Part shown: positions 19,756 to 30,126 of the stretch, one piece after another
How positions within the stretch are numbered: the stretch's first letter is position 1
Layout of the letters: every line of letters begins with the position of its first letter
NCBI GenBank assembly: GCA_963753345.1
Contig: CAVWBU010000024.1
Location: forward strand, 128,001 to 192,000
Origin: an uncultured Fibrobacterota bacterium
GTDB lineage: Bacteria > Fibrobacterota > Chitinivibrionia > Chitinivibrionales > FEN-1185
Reading direction: 5' to 3'
DNA: 64,000 nt
Made by a program: the position numbers and the translations under genes
The notes under the pieces: generated by a model
What the model saw: the letters and a program-made list of their open reading frames with translations, nothing else
Told to the model about the DNA's origin: nothing
Databases searched by the model: none

Positions 19756-20817
19756 CTATTCAAGAATTTTTACGTGACTGCCGTCTTGAAGCGTCTCAAA
19801 TCCTTTTGTCACCAACCGTTCTCCAGCCTTGAGACCGCTTGTGACCTCGATTTCATTTTCGCTCTCGATGCCGGTTTTTATCGCGCGCAGTTGCGCGCGG
19901 CCGCGGTCGACGACAAAAACATTTTTGCCTTTTAAATCCGACAGGATGATCTCCTTGGGAACAACCACGGCGCTGTCTTTGCGCGCCACAACGACATCCG
20001 CCATGACAAACATGCCGGGACGGAATTTCTTGTCCGGGTTGTCGATGATAAACACGGCCTGAAAGGTGCGGGACGTCGGATCGACTGCGGGCGAGACTTG
20101 CGTAATGGTGCCGTGGGCAGTGTCGTTGGGTACCGTGTAATTCGTCATCAATATGGATTGCCCGACATGAACGCGGGCCATGTCGTTTGCCGGAAGCTTG
20201 GTCTGGAGACTCAGCCGGTCGTAGTTCATGACCTCCACCATAAGCTGGCCGGTGGCTGTTATGCGCGTGTTCTGCGTGTAATAGGGCAGATTGACGATCA
20301 CGCCCGCAAAAGGAGGTTTGATCCAGAGCTTGGAATCCTTTTCCACGGCGTCGTCGACGTTGAATTTGTCATTTGCAACAGCCAATTCGGCGTTCTGAAG
20401 GTCGGTGGTGGCCGCGCCGCCTTTCTCATACAGGGACCGTTCCTGATCCAGGCTCTGTTTTGCGATACCGAGGGTGAGTTTCTGGGATTCGACCCGGTTG
20501 GTGCTTTCGTAATCAACATCGTGCAGCTTGATGATTACCTCCCCTTCCTTCACCTGATCCCCGAGAGCAAACGGCTTGCGGGTACGGGGATTCACCTGGA
20601 GATTGTAATAGGCGACCATTTCGTTGATAATAGAGACGTCTTTTTCGGGGGTCACCGTGCCGGTTGTCTGCAGAAGTTCGGCGATGGGCCGCAGCTTTAT
20701 TTCCGCAACCGAGACCGGAATGGTAACGGTGTTCTGGTCCTGCGATTGCTGATTACCGCACGCAACCATCAATAACGCCGCGCCTACCGCGGCAACGGTG
20801 GAACGCACACAATGCAT
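19756..20817 (-). CDS. RND periplasmic adaptor (membrane fusion protein), lipoprotein
   Basis: LMVAC lipobox; G.QVK.GE, I.PPFAG.I, SPAVDP.SRTF, RPGMFV, GL..GE.LVT.G. Confidence 0.92.
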   Translation of the reverse strand: MHCVRSTVAAVGAALLMVACGNQQSQDQNTVTIPVSVAEIKLRPIAELLQTTGTVTPEKDVSIINEMVAYYNLQVNPRTRKPFALGDQVKEGEVIIKLHDVDYESTNRVESQKLTLGIAKQSLDQERSLYEKGGAATTDLQNAELAVANDKFNVDDAVEKDSKLWIKPPFAGVIVNLPYYTQNTRITATGQLMVEVMNYDRLSLQTKLPANDMARVHVGQSILMTNYTVPNDTAHGTITQVSPAVDPTSRTFQAVFIIDNPDKKFRPGMFVMADVVVARKDSAVVVPKEIILSDLKGKNVFVVDRGRAQLRAIKTGIESENEIEVTSGLKAGERLVTKGFETLQDGSHVKILE

Positions 20818-20821
20818 AGGG

Positions 20822-22288
20822 TTATTCCTTTGGATGTAAATCCGGAATTACCGGTTGGTTTGTCCGGAAATCCCACAGGCTCTGGACTTTCATATTCAGA
20901 AGTTCGATCTGGTAATTGACAAGAGCGCTCACCAGGCCGCTTTTCGCCTGCGCAAGCTGGATCTGATACTGGTTCAGGTCCATCGCGCTCAATCCGCCGA
21001 GTTTGTATTTTTCGAGATTGATATCATAGGTGAGCGTGGCGGACGAAAGCGTCCGGCGCGCCAGTTCGATCTGCTCCTGCAGGTTCTGGATCGAACGGTA
21101 TTCCTTGCGGATCGCAAGGATTATCGTGGCTCTCTCATTGTCAAGCAACAGCTCGTCCTGCCGCAGGCCAATTGCCGACGCCTTGACACGCGCACGATTC
21201 GCCCCGAAATCCCATAGGGGAACCTGCAGCGTCAGCGCGGCGTTCATGTTTTTTGCCGGTTCCTTAAAAAGCGTGTTGATGGCCGGGCTGGCCCCCACCA
21301 GGCCGTAGGAAACATTGAGATTGCCGTTGAAAGCGCCGTTGCTGCGGGCCTGGGTAAGGGCGAAACGCGCATTCTCGATCGTGATGGCATCCTGACGCAG
21401 CTCCATACGCTGGCGCAGGCCGCTGGCCACCGCCTTTTGCAGGTCGATGGTCATCACCGAGGTGGTTGTGTCGATCATCAGGCTTATTGCGGTGTCAAGC
21501 GGAAGACCGAGCCGCTGTTTAAGCGCCTCGGCCGCGTTCTGCCAGGTGATCTCCTGGTTCTTCATGGTCGATTCATTTTGCGTCAGCGTGACCGATGCCT
21601 GGTAGAGATCGGATTTGGCCTGTTTCCCGGACGCCACGCCAACCTCGGTAATGTCATAGCCCTGCTGCGCGCTTCGGACAGATTCCTGGGCGATTTGAAA
21701 GTTCATTTGATCCTGGTACAAACCGTAGTAATCGCTCGCGATGCTCGCCTCAATGGCCAGCGCCTGTATCGCGTAGGTGAACTGGTTGGTTTCAAGCGTG
21801 AGCTCCTGCTGGCGCAAATTCATCTTCAACTGGTTGTAAATGAGAAGCGGCTGCGAATAACTGATTGCCGTATGATAATCAAACGAACGGCTCTCGCCGG
21901 CCCTCGAATAACTGGTGTACAGGTCGTTCCAGCCCATGTCGCCCTCCAGCGCCACGGTGCCGCCGGTGAGAAGCACGGGCTGCGAAAGCTGGAGCTGACC
22001 GCTCGACTTGATGTTCCTGGTCGTGTCCCAGGAATTATTGGGACCCAATTGCAAATCGTTGGTATAACTGATGGGAGAAAGGGAAAGGTTAACCGAGAGT
22101 TTCTGCGCCGCAACAGCCGCATCGTATACGGCCTGACTTTGCGCCAGGGTCATGCGCGCCTGCACCATTTCCGGGCTCTGGCGCGTCACCAGCCACACGG
22201 CCTTGTCAAAAGACAACGTGTCGATCACCTGACCGCTGCAAGCGCAGGTGATGAGGAGAATTGCAAAAACCCGGAGGCACGTCTTCAT
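20822..22288 (-). CDS. TolC-family outer membrane efflux channel
   Basis: Signal peptide and two OEP-like repeats (L.LSQP.., LQVPLWDFG). ATG overlaps the upstream TAA (TAATG). Confidence 0.9.
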   Translation of the reverse strand: MKTCLRVFAILLITCACSGQVIDTLSFDKAVWLVTRQSPEMVQARMTLAQSQAVYDAAVAAQKLSVNLSLSPISYTNDLQLGPNNSWDTTRNIKSSGQLQLSQPVLLTGGTVALEGDMGWNDLYTSYSRAGESRSFDYHTAISYSQPLLIYNQLKMNLRQQELTLETNQFTYAIQALAIEASIASDYYGLYQDQMNFQIAQESVRSAQQGYDITEVGVASGKQAKSDLYQASVTLTQNESTMKNQEITWQNAAEALKQRLGLPLDTAISLMIDTTTSVMTIDLQKAVASGLRQRMELRQDAITIENARFALTQARSNGAFNGNLNVSYGLVGASPAINTLFKEPAKNMNAALTLQVPLWDFGANRARVKASAIGLRQDELLLDNERATIILAIRKEYRSIQNLQEQIELARRTLSSATLTYDINLEKYKLGGLSAMDLNQYQIQLAQAKSGLVSALVNYQIELLNMKVQSLWDFRTNQPVIPDLHPKE

Positions 22289-25200
22289 TATTGTTTCACC
22301 CACTTGATTGCATCCCCTGCAACGATCCCCGCGCTTGCCTGGTTTGTAAGCTCGACCAGTGCCGATCCCGGGGAAAGATGATAGCGGCCGAGGGAATTCC
22401 AGCCGTTCTGGATATCTTTCAAGTCAAGCGCCACGTTCTCCGTGCCGTCATCGTGATGCACGATGTAATGATAGGCCCCTTGCAACGGTTCCCGGTTCTG
22501 ACGCCTGCCGTTTCCCCGCTGAAAACCCATGGTTCCGTAGTAGGCATAAATTTCGTACGTGCCGCTTTCCTTGATCGACGCCCGCCAGGCAATGCGTTTG
22601 TCGCCGCTGCCCGCTTTTATATAATGGATGGAATGCACGTACTTCCCGTAGAATTGAGGACCCGCGGCTTCAGTCCATTCGGCAGGCGGGTCAAAGAAAC
22701 GCACACCGGCGAACCGGTCCTGAGCCTGGCCCGGGGAATTCTTGAACCAGTTGAACAGCCCCCCCGAAGGTTTATTCTCAATGGCAAAGCCGCTGTCCTC
22801 ATCGTCGACAATGGCAACGCCGGATTCCGGCGCAGTGATCCCGGTGATGACCTTTTCACCGTCGAACGCCGCCCGGGTCGCGTCGAATTCCACCTTGTCA
22901 AACGGATGCACCATGGTCGCGGGAATATTTTTTGATATGAGGGTGTTGACGGCGAGCATGCGCGGCGGCTGATCCATCATCATGTCGATTTCCTTGCACT
23001 GGCGCGGCTCAAGCGAAACGATCCGGTCGACGGTCGCATTCCCGCCCCGGAACCCGCCGGAAAACGCGCCCGCGCCTCCCCCGCCGAATCTTCCGCCGCC
23101 GAACGACCCGGTCCGGACGCTCACCTTCACGAATCCCTGCGCGGATTCGGGATTCGCGATCTCAAAACGGACCAGAAACCGGTTGGCCGTCTTGTCGCGC
23201 ACCTCGCTGGCCTGTATGTTGTCAAGCACATAGCCGGGCAACGGATGTTTCTGGTAACATGATTGCAAGGCGGGATGAAAATCGAAATTGAACCGTTGTT
23301 TGATTTCGGCGCAGAATTCTTCAAGGTCAAGAGTTTTGAACCTGTTCTCCCGGACGATCCCCAGCACAAAATCGTCGAAAGCCTGATCACCGATGTTTTT
23401 TTGCAGGACCGTGAAAAGGTAATCCCCCAGCGCCTGGGCGACATCGGGAACGAGCGCACGGTTTTGCGGATCCCTGCGGATCTGATCGAAGCCGCTGTTT
23501 TCCAGGGCGCCGTTCACCCTCTCGTCGGTAGCTGCCCCGCCCGAGAACATGCGCATCATCCCGGCCGCTTCTCCGCTCGCCCGTTTCTTGAAGTACGATT
23601 CAAGCGCCAGCGAAAAGACCGGACATGAGGGTGCACGCACGTTCACCACATAGGAAAAATACTCCGGAAAGACAAACAGGTTGGCATTGGCGGCGCTCAC
23701 CGGCGGCAGCCACTGCAGCAGCTGGGCCGTCGAGGCAGTGCGATCGACGGGCCGGAGCATCAGCCGGCGGCCGGCATTGTCGCGCTGGAACGTGGAGGTG
23801 ACAAAACGCACAGAACATCATGCTCTGCTGTTCCTGCGGGGTCATTACCTCCTGATCGCGTCCGCGGGAGAAGTTGAGATTGCCCAAACGAATCGCCCGA
23901 AAATCCGCATCGCTCAGCGAGAATCCGTTTTCCGGAAGCAGCGCGATTTCCGGTTGCATTGCCTCATGCCCGCTGGTCCAGACACGGGAGAAGTCCGTGA
24001 ATTGCAGGGGAACTTCGGCCATGGTGAACCGGGAATAGGGATAATTGCATTTGAGACGGTTTTCGAAATCCGCCTTGACGCCCCGGACAAGCGACGCAAC
24101 CGTGTCGGTCCGAAGATCCCTGAAATACGGCTTGAAATAGCCGTGATGCGCAAGCGTCAAGAGGCTGTATTCCACGGAATCAACAGCGACCGACTGTTTC
24201 GCATATGCCCCTATGATTACCGAAACGCCGGGCAGGGGCATCGACGGATTGAAAACCCATGCGCCGCCCGCCGCGTGCACGGGTTCCCCCGGACTGATGA
24301 CCGTGAGGGCCGGATCGGCGCTCACCGTGACGCTGAAGTGCGCCAGCGCCGTACCATTCACTTCGGGATGGTCGGAGCAGTATCCCGCGCCGGCCTGAGG
24401 GTAGAACTGCGATTCCGGCGTGAGCAAAACGAAACGTTTGTTGATAAAAGCATATCTCGTCTGTTTTCGGAAGAAGAACACGGCGCCGGCGCTGGCTTTT
24501 TCCTCGGGCGGGACGTCGAGATAGCAAACCGATTCATCAATCGTCCCGGCGTAATCGAAAGCAATCGTGTCAAGCGACCCGGCCGGAAGCGGATTGGCAG
24601 GATTCACCAACACATAGTCGAGCGAACGCCGGAACCGCAGCGGATGACTTCCGCGTATTTCCCGGATCGCAAGTCCCGGATTAAGGCGGAACTGGTATTC
24701 CTCGACCGGCCGGCCGGTCTCATTTTCTACCGCAACACGGGCCGTTGCCCGAATCGTGTTGCCGGCATGCGCAATGCTGAGGGAATCGCGAACCACCGAA
24801 ATGCAGGGAACGCCGAACCGGCGGTTATGCTGCTCGACCATCCGGCCGCGCAGTTCCTGATCGCGCAGGTTCCCCTGCACGTACCATGTGCCGGCGACTG
24901 CGGCAGAGCCGCCGAAAAGAATTACTGCGGCAAGCGTTGCTCCCGAAACGAACGTCGATTGCGGAAGGCGTTTCAGACGCAGCGCCGAAACCAGCACCAA
25001 TGCAATGCCAAGCAGCAGATACACGGCGCGAAGGGCCGCGATCCCGCCTGTCGACCCAAATCCGGTGATGTCGGAAAACATGAGCGGCGTGCGCAACGCG
25101 GCAACATCAAAGAGCGAATAGAGCCGGTCGGGCAAAAAGAAGAAAACCAGCCCGAGGATGCCGAATAGTGCGACCAGCGACAAGGGCTGGCTTCGTATGA

Positions 25201-25711
25201 TTGACATAAGGCAGAATGTGAGCCCGATGCAGAAAACGAGCGTGGGCAGACTGATGAGAAGCCCGTAATAACAATAGGCACTCAAACGCACGGGCACGTC
25301 ACCCGAGAAGAAATTGAAGAGCGCGGCGCACACAAGCGCCACGACGTCAAGGCAGACGAAAACCAGGAGATTGCCGCACGCTTTCCCCAGAACATAGGAC
25401 GTGTTGGTCATCGACCGGATGTACACCACGTCGGTCGTATCCATCGAGCGGTCGCGTTTCATGAAATCGGTTGCCAGAATGATCGCCACCACCGACTGAA
25501 TCAAATTGAGAAGCAGCATGGTTGCATAGGGGATGTTTGCAGGGATCGCGCGAAAGACCCAGGTGGAAAACTGACCGACGCTCAGGATCATCGCGTTCAG
25601 GCCTACCAGGAGCACCACCATTGCACCCGCGAAAATCCGAAAGAACCAGCTCCGCCACAGGGTAAGCGCTTCGTACAGCGCGACGGCCGTCATTTTCCGC
25701 AGAGAATCCAT
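22288..25711 (-). CDS. ABC-2 permease fused to M1-aminopeptidase-like and C-terminal golvesin/Xly-like domains; apparent frameshift near 23812
   Basis: N-terminal multi-TM permease, then M1-type beta domain (F.LNPGL.I, YAG.IDE, FYP, YPYSRF..AEVP). ORF 22288..23811 continues in another frame and ends IVDDED.GF...GWNSLG.Y..VELTN..DAIKWVK. About 1140 aa if joined. Confidence 0.75.
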
Positions 25712-25713
25712 GT

Positions 25714-26604
<891 letters not shown>

Positions 26605-26769
26605 GCTTTCCCTTTTGGCAAGCGTTTTGAACGCATCCACCCCACGACGCCTCGTTCTTCGCGCGGCCTTTTTTGCTGCCCAATACCATATATTCGTTAT
26701 GTTGGACTTTGCCAACATGTCGAACGTGACAACTACTCTTTGTCCACAATTAGTAACATAGTATTTGCC

Positions 26770-26967
26770 GTTTGCGGCATCGGAAGACGGCCGCCGGCCG
26801 GAGGGGGAATGCATGGAGGAGGCATGGGCGGCGGCAGAGGGATGCACGGGGGAGGAGGAGGTGGGATGCACGGAGGCGGCGGGCATGAAGCCGCATCCGC
26901 GGGCGATTCCGAAGGGCCGTTCACGGCGTCGTTTTCCATCCTGCTGGCCCGAAACCCTGCTCGCTGA
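26770..26967 (+). pseudogene. Orphan Gly/Met/His-rich C-terminal gene fragment
   Basis: GGGMHGGGMGGGRGMHGGGGGGMHGGGG...EGPFTASFSILLARNPAR-stop, with no credible start or RBS. Confidence 0.4.
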
Positions 26968-27011
26968 TTTTCGGGCACTGCAAGACGAGCGCGGGCCCAA
27001 CGATCCGCTGT

Positions 27012-27095
27012 TCACCGCTCAATACGTTTGCTTGACAGAATGTTCATAAATGGAGGATCGAGTTTCATGACGGTGTTGAGCGGATGTTCCGACAT
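27012..27095 (-). pseudogene. 27-aa ORF, probable N-terminal remnant of a carboxymuconolactone decarboxylase (AhpD-like) family gene
   Basis: AAAGGAG RBS; MSEHPLNTVMKLDPPFMN resembles, from memory, the start of short CMD-family proteins; early stop. Confidence 0.4.
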
Positions 27096-27164
27096 GAGTA
27101 TAACTCCTTTCCAATTGGTAACAAGGCATAGCACGTGCTGAAAAAAAGGAGAAGAAAACATATG

Positions 27165-27202
27165 AAAAAAGGCGTTTTCAGCCAATTTTAACTGAAAACG
27201 CC
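27165..27202 (-). terminator. Intrinsic terminator of ssrA
   Basis: On the minus strand: GGCGTTTTCAG-TTAAAATTGG-CTGAAAACGCC-TTTTTT. Confidence 0.8.
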
Positions 27203-27222
27203 AAATACTGAAAATAAGGGAT

Positions 27223-27575
27223 TGGAGGTGAGGGGAATTGAACCCCTGTCCGAAGAGTGATCAAAGTGGGCCGCTCCATGCTCAGTCTGTCTATTTGTCT
27301 CGTCTTCTGCAGCGCTAACAGACAGGCTCTGCAGAAAACCAGCCCCGGTTTATTTCATCCTGCAGTCGGGACGCCCCGCGGGACTATCGTTCATGCTTTA
27401 TCTGCCGCCCGGCGAACGCTAACCAAACGTCAGATCGGCCGCCTTTAGTTAGGCAGCCATTGCGTAAGAATAATCGTTGGCGATTATTTTTGGTGTCGGA
27501 TGATTAACGAGGCCAACCGACGTCCTCGGCATGCTGCTCAAATCTCTCGCTCCTCGTCGAAACCAGTTCACCCCC
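27223..27575 (-). ncRNA. ssrA: tmRNA; tag peptide (A)ANDYSYAMAA at 27481-27449; CCA not encoded
   Basis: 5' GGGGGTGAACTGGTTTCGAC; 3' GGACAGGGGTTCAATTCCCCTCACCTCCA; acceptor stem with G3:U70; internal tag ORF ending AA-stop. Confidence 0.97.
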
Positions 27576-27580
27576 TTATA

Positions 27581-27733
27581 ATTTTAGATTGATGAATGTA
27601 GATTGTAGATTGAAAACAATTACCTCCTCAATATAACACATTTCCCTTTAATCAGGGTTCCTAATTATCCATCGATAGGCGTAATTGCATTTGTATTTCA
27701 ATTCTACAATCTAAATTCTACATTCTACAATTC
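27581..27733. repeat. Heptamer tandem repeats in inverted arrangement
   Basis: TAGATTG/TGAATG-type units at 27585-27612 mirrored by ATTCTAC/AATCTAA units at 27700-27733. Confidence 0.6.
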
Positions 27734-27734
27734 T

Positions 27735-28724
27735 TCACGCCGATTCCCTCACGATAAACTTGGTGGGCAGCTCCTTGTGCTTGAGCTCGGACTCCCTGCC
27801 TTCCAGTTTGTCAACTATCATGTTGATGGCATAATCGCCCATTTCGAGCTTGGGCTGGCGCACCGTGGTGAGCATGGGTTCGACAACTTCGGCGGCGGGA
27901 ATATCGTCGAACCCGACGACCGCGAGCTTTCCGGGAACCGGGATCCCCCGCTTTTTCGCCTCCTTTAACACGCCGATTGCCGCCATGTCGCCCGCCGGAA
28001 CGAACACGGCCGTCACGTTGGCCGGTGCAAGTCTCTCAAAGGCCTTGTAGCCGGCCTCAACGGTGTCGTCATCAACCTCGACCACCAGCGCGGGATTGAA
28101 GGCTATGTTGTGTTTGGCAAGGGACTGTTTGTACCCGCTCAGCCTGTCTTCGGCGGGAAGGTTCTGTTTGCGGCAGATCACGCAGGCGATCGCGGTGTGG
28201 CCCTTGCTTATGAGATAATCGGTGGCGTCGGCGGCGCCGCCCTCGTTATTGACATAAACGGAATCGAGGATATCGCACTTTCGCGCGACCACAATGCAGG
28301 GCACGCTTTCGTCGCGGAAGATCTTCATCTCGTCTTCCGACACCGTGGTGCCGATGAGGATGGCGCCGTCGATGCGGCGCTCGCGCGCCAGGCGCTGGAA
28401 GAGCTGCGATTCGTTTTCCTTCTGACCCACGGTGTCAAACAGCGTTACCGTGTAGTCCACGTCGCGGTTGGTGCTTTTGATTCCCTGCAGGATCCTCACC
28501 ACGAACGACGAGGCAAGATTGGGCACAATAACGCCGATCGAATTGGACTTCCTCGTGGCAAGGCCGCGGGCGATCACGTTCGGATAGTAGTTGAGCTCCT
28601 TGGCGATCTTGAGCACCTTTCGCCGCGTCGCCTCGGAAATGTTCGGTTTGTTGTTGATAACCATCGAGACCGTGGCGGATGTCACGCCCGCACGTTCGGC
28701 GATGTCCTTTAGTGTTACCGGCAT
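27735..28724 (-). CDS. LacI-family transcriptional regulator
   Basis: TLKDIAERAGVTSATVSMVIN HTH, Y.PN..ARGL, VVGFDD, LTTVRQP, FIVRES. Confidence 0.95.
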   Translation of the reverse strand: MPVTLKDIAERAGVTSATVSMVINNKPNISEATRRKVLKIAKELNYYPNVIARGLATRKSNSIGVIVPNLASSFVVRILQGIKSTNRDVDYTVTLFDTVGQKENESQLFQRLARERRIDGAILIGTTVSEDEMKIFRDESVPCIVVARKCDILDSVYVNNEGGAADATDYLISKGHTAIACVICRKQNLPAEDRLSGYKQSLAKHNIAFNPALVVEVDDDTVEAGYKAFERLAPANVTAVFVPAGDMAAIGVLKEAKKRGIPVPGKLAVVGFDDIPAAEVVEPMLTTVRQPKLEMGDYAINMIVDKLEGRESELKHKELPTKFIVRESA

Positions 28725-28801
28725 AGGGAAAATCCTTTGTATGGTTTTTCGATCAGTCTGTTACGTCCTCGCCGTATGAACCGTCCGTTCCGAACGGTTG
28801 T

Positions 28802-29785
28802 CTAGAAGTTAAGGGTTGCATGCAGGCCGATTTCTTTATTTTGAGGAACCAGGTCCGGTTCGAGCCTCATCTTGATCCGCGCGTCGTGCAGGTGCGCGTC
28901 CACCGCCGCGTCCATGATACCGTAAAGGTAAAACGCCACGGAGTACCAGATCCACATGTTGCGATTCTTGAACGCGGTGGTTCGCCAGTAGTCCCATTTG
29001 TTGTAGTCGGTGCCATTGAACAGGACGTACGTTATCGAGTCTGCGGGGGAACTGTTTGCGATCTCATAGTTCTGGCAGTCCTTCATGACCGTATGGTAGT
29101 TGATGGCGAGATACGCCATGTAGAACTGAGCCATGAGGATCATGCCCGCTTTTGACAGTTCTCCATTGTATACCTGCCCCAGGCCGAGCCCGGGTATTGC
29201 CGACAGCCACATGGCGGTCGCGGGATCTTTCTTCGAGTCGCTCTTCAGCAGGTTGGTGCATTGAAGCGCGTCAAGCACGTTCCAGTAGTAGATCCCGGCC
29301 ATCAAGGCCACGCTTTGAAAGAAGACGTCCTGCATTTGCAGCTTTTCCATGGCCGCGCTGTCCGCTTTGAGTTTCAGCATTTTGTAGGCAGTTTCCAATG
29401 TCCTCGTTGTATCGGACGACTTCTTTATTTGCCACGATTTCGACGCGGACTGTTCGAGCAGCGCAATGCTGTCGGCGTTGTGCCTGAGCCCATTAGCGTA
29501 GATGTACCGCTGATACGCGAACAACCCAACCCCGACTTCGGTGGCGAAAAACAGCGCGCCTTGCACATAATGCCTCGTGTAAATCTGGCCCGCGCCCGGG
29601 AGCACGAGTGATGCCGCAAGCGCAATGCCCGGGCTGTACGACGGCGCAGGTTTGGGCGGTTCCTTTTTCGCAATTGCGTTTGAGTCGCCTTCACTGCTAC
29701 GATCCGGCGCGCCACCTCCCTGTTGTGAAAACCCGAGAGATGCAAAGCCAACTACATAAACCAGCAAGAAACGGAACCGTTTCAT
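28802..29785 (-). CDS. Secreted/membrane protein with two DUF5683-like repeats
   Basis: Signal peptide at 29785; repeated S.(V/I)(L)PG.GQ.Y...(W/Y)N.LDA / MDAAVDAHL motifs. Confidence 0.7.
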   Translation of the reverse strand: MKRFRFLLVYVVGFASLGFSQQGGGAPDRSSEGDSNAIAKKEPPKPAPSYSPGIALAASLVLPGAGQIYTRHYVQGALFFATEVGVGLFAYQRYIYANGLRHNADSIALLEQSASKSWQIKKSSDTTRTLETAYKMLKLKADSAAMEKLQMQDVFFQSVALMAGIYYWNVLDALQCTNLLKSDSKKDPATAMWLSAIPGLGLGQVYNGELSKAGMILMAQFYMAYLAINYHTVMKDCQNYEIANSSPADSITYVLFNGTDYNKWDYWRTTAFKNRNMWIWYSVAFYLYGIMDAAVDAHLHDARIKMRLEPDLVPQNKEIGLHATLNF

Positions 29786-30126
29786 TTTTTCTTGAATGGA
29801 CGCATCATGCGCCCCATCATGGGAGAGCGGAAATAAGGTGGGCCGATTTAACCCCTTAAGTAATATACATAATTCGTTCTGCCAATACAGATTATTTAAG
29901 CGTTCATTAAATGACCCGGCCAGTCCCCTGCTGATAAAAAGAAGATATGAGAACTCCCTTGGTGATTTATTTATTTTATACCTCAGCATCAGCGCCCGAA
30001 AGCTGTTTCTCACGTTCGTTGCACCGCAGAAGAGTCGGGCTCGAAACAGCAACTTCGCATTCTTGATTATGATTGATCCTGCTTTCATCAAACGACGAAA
30101 ATATTTCATTATTTTCCGGAGGCACC

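Noticed and set aside
26605-27015. N-terminal extension of the ABC ATPase in the ORF track
   Set aside because: ATPase homology starts at ATG 26604; the extension is non-protein-like read-through.
27223-27255. tRNA gene
   Set aside because: The tRNA-like arm is the 3' end of the tmRNA.
28778-28800. Palindrome CCGTTC-C-GAACGG as a LacI operator
   Set aside because: Short, single, and lacking the usual central CG symmetry; insufficient evidence.
29790-30126. CIRCE element upstream of htpG
   Set aside because: No TTAGCACTC-N9-GAGTGCTAA found.
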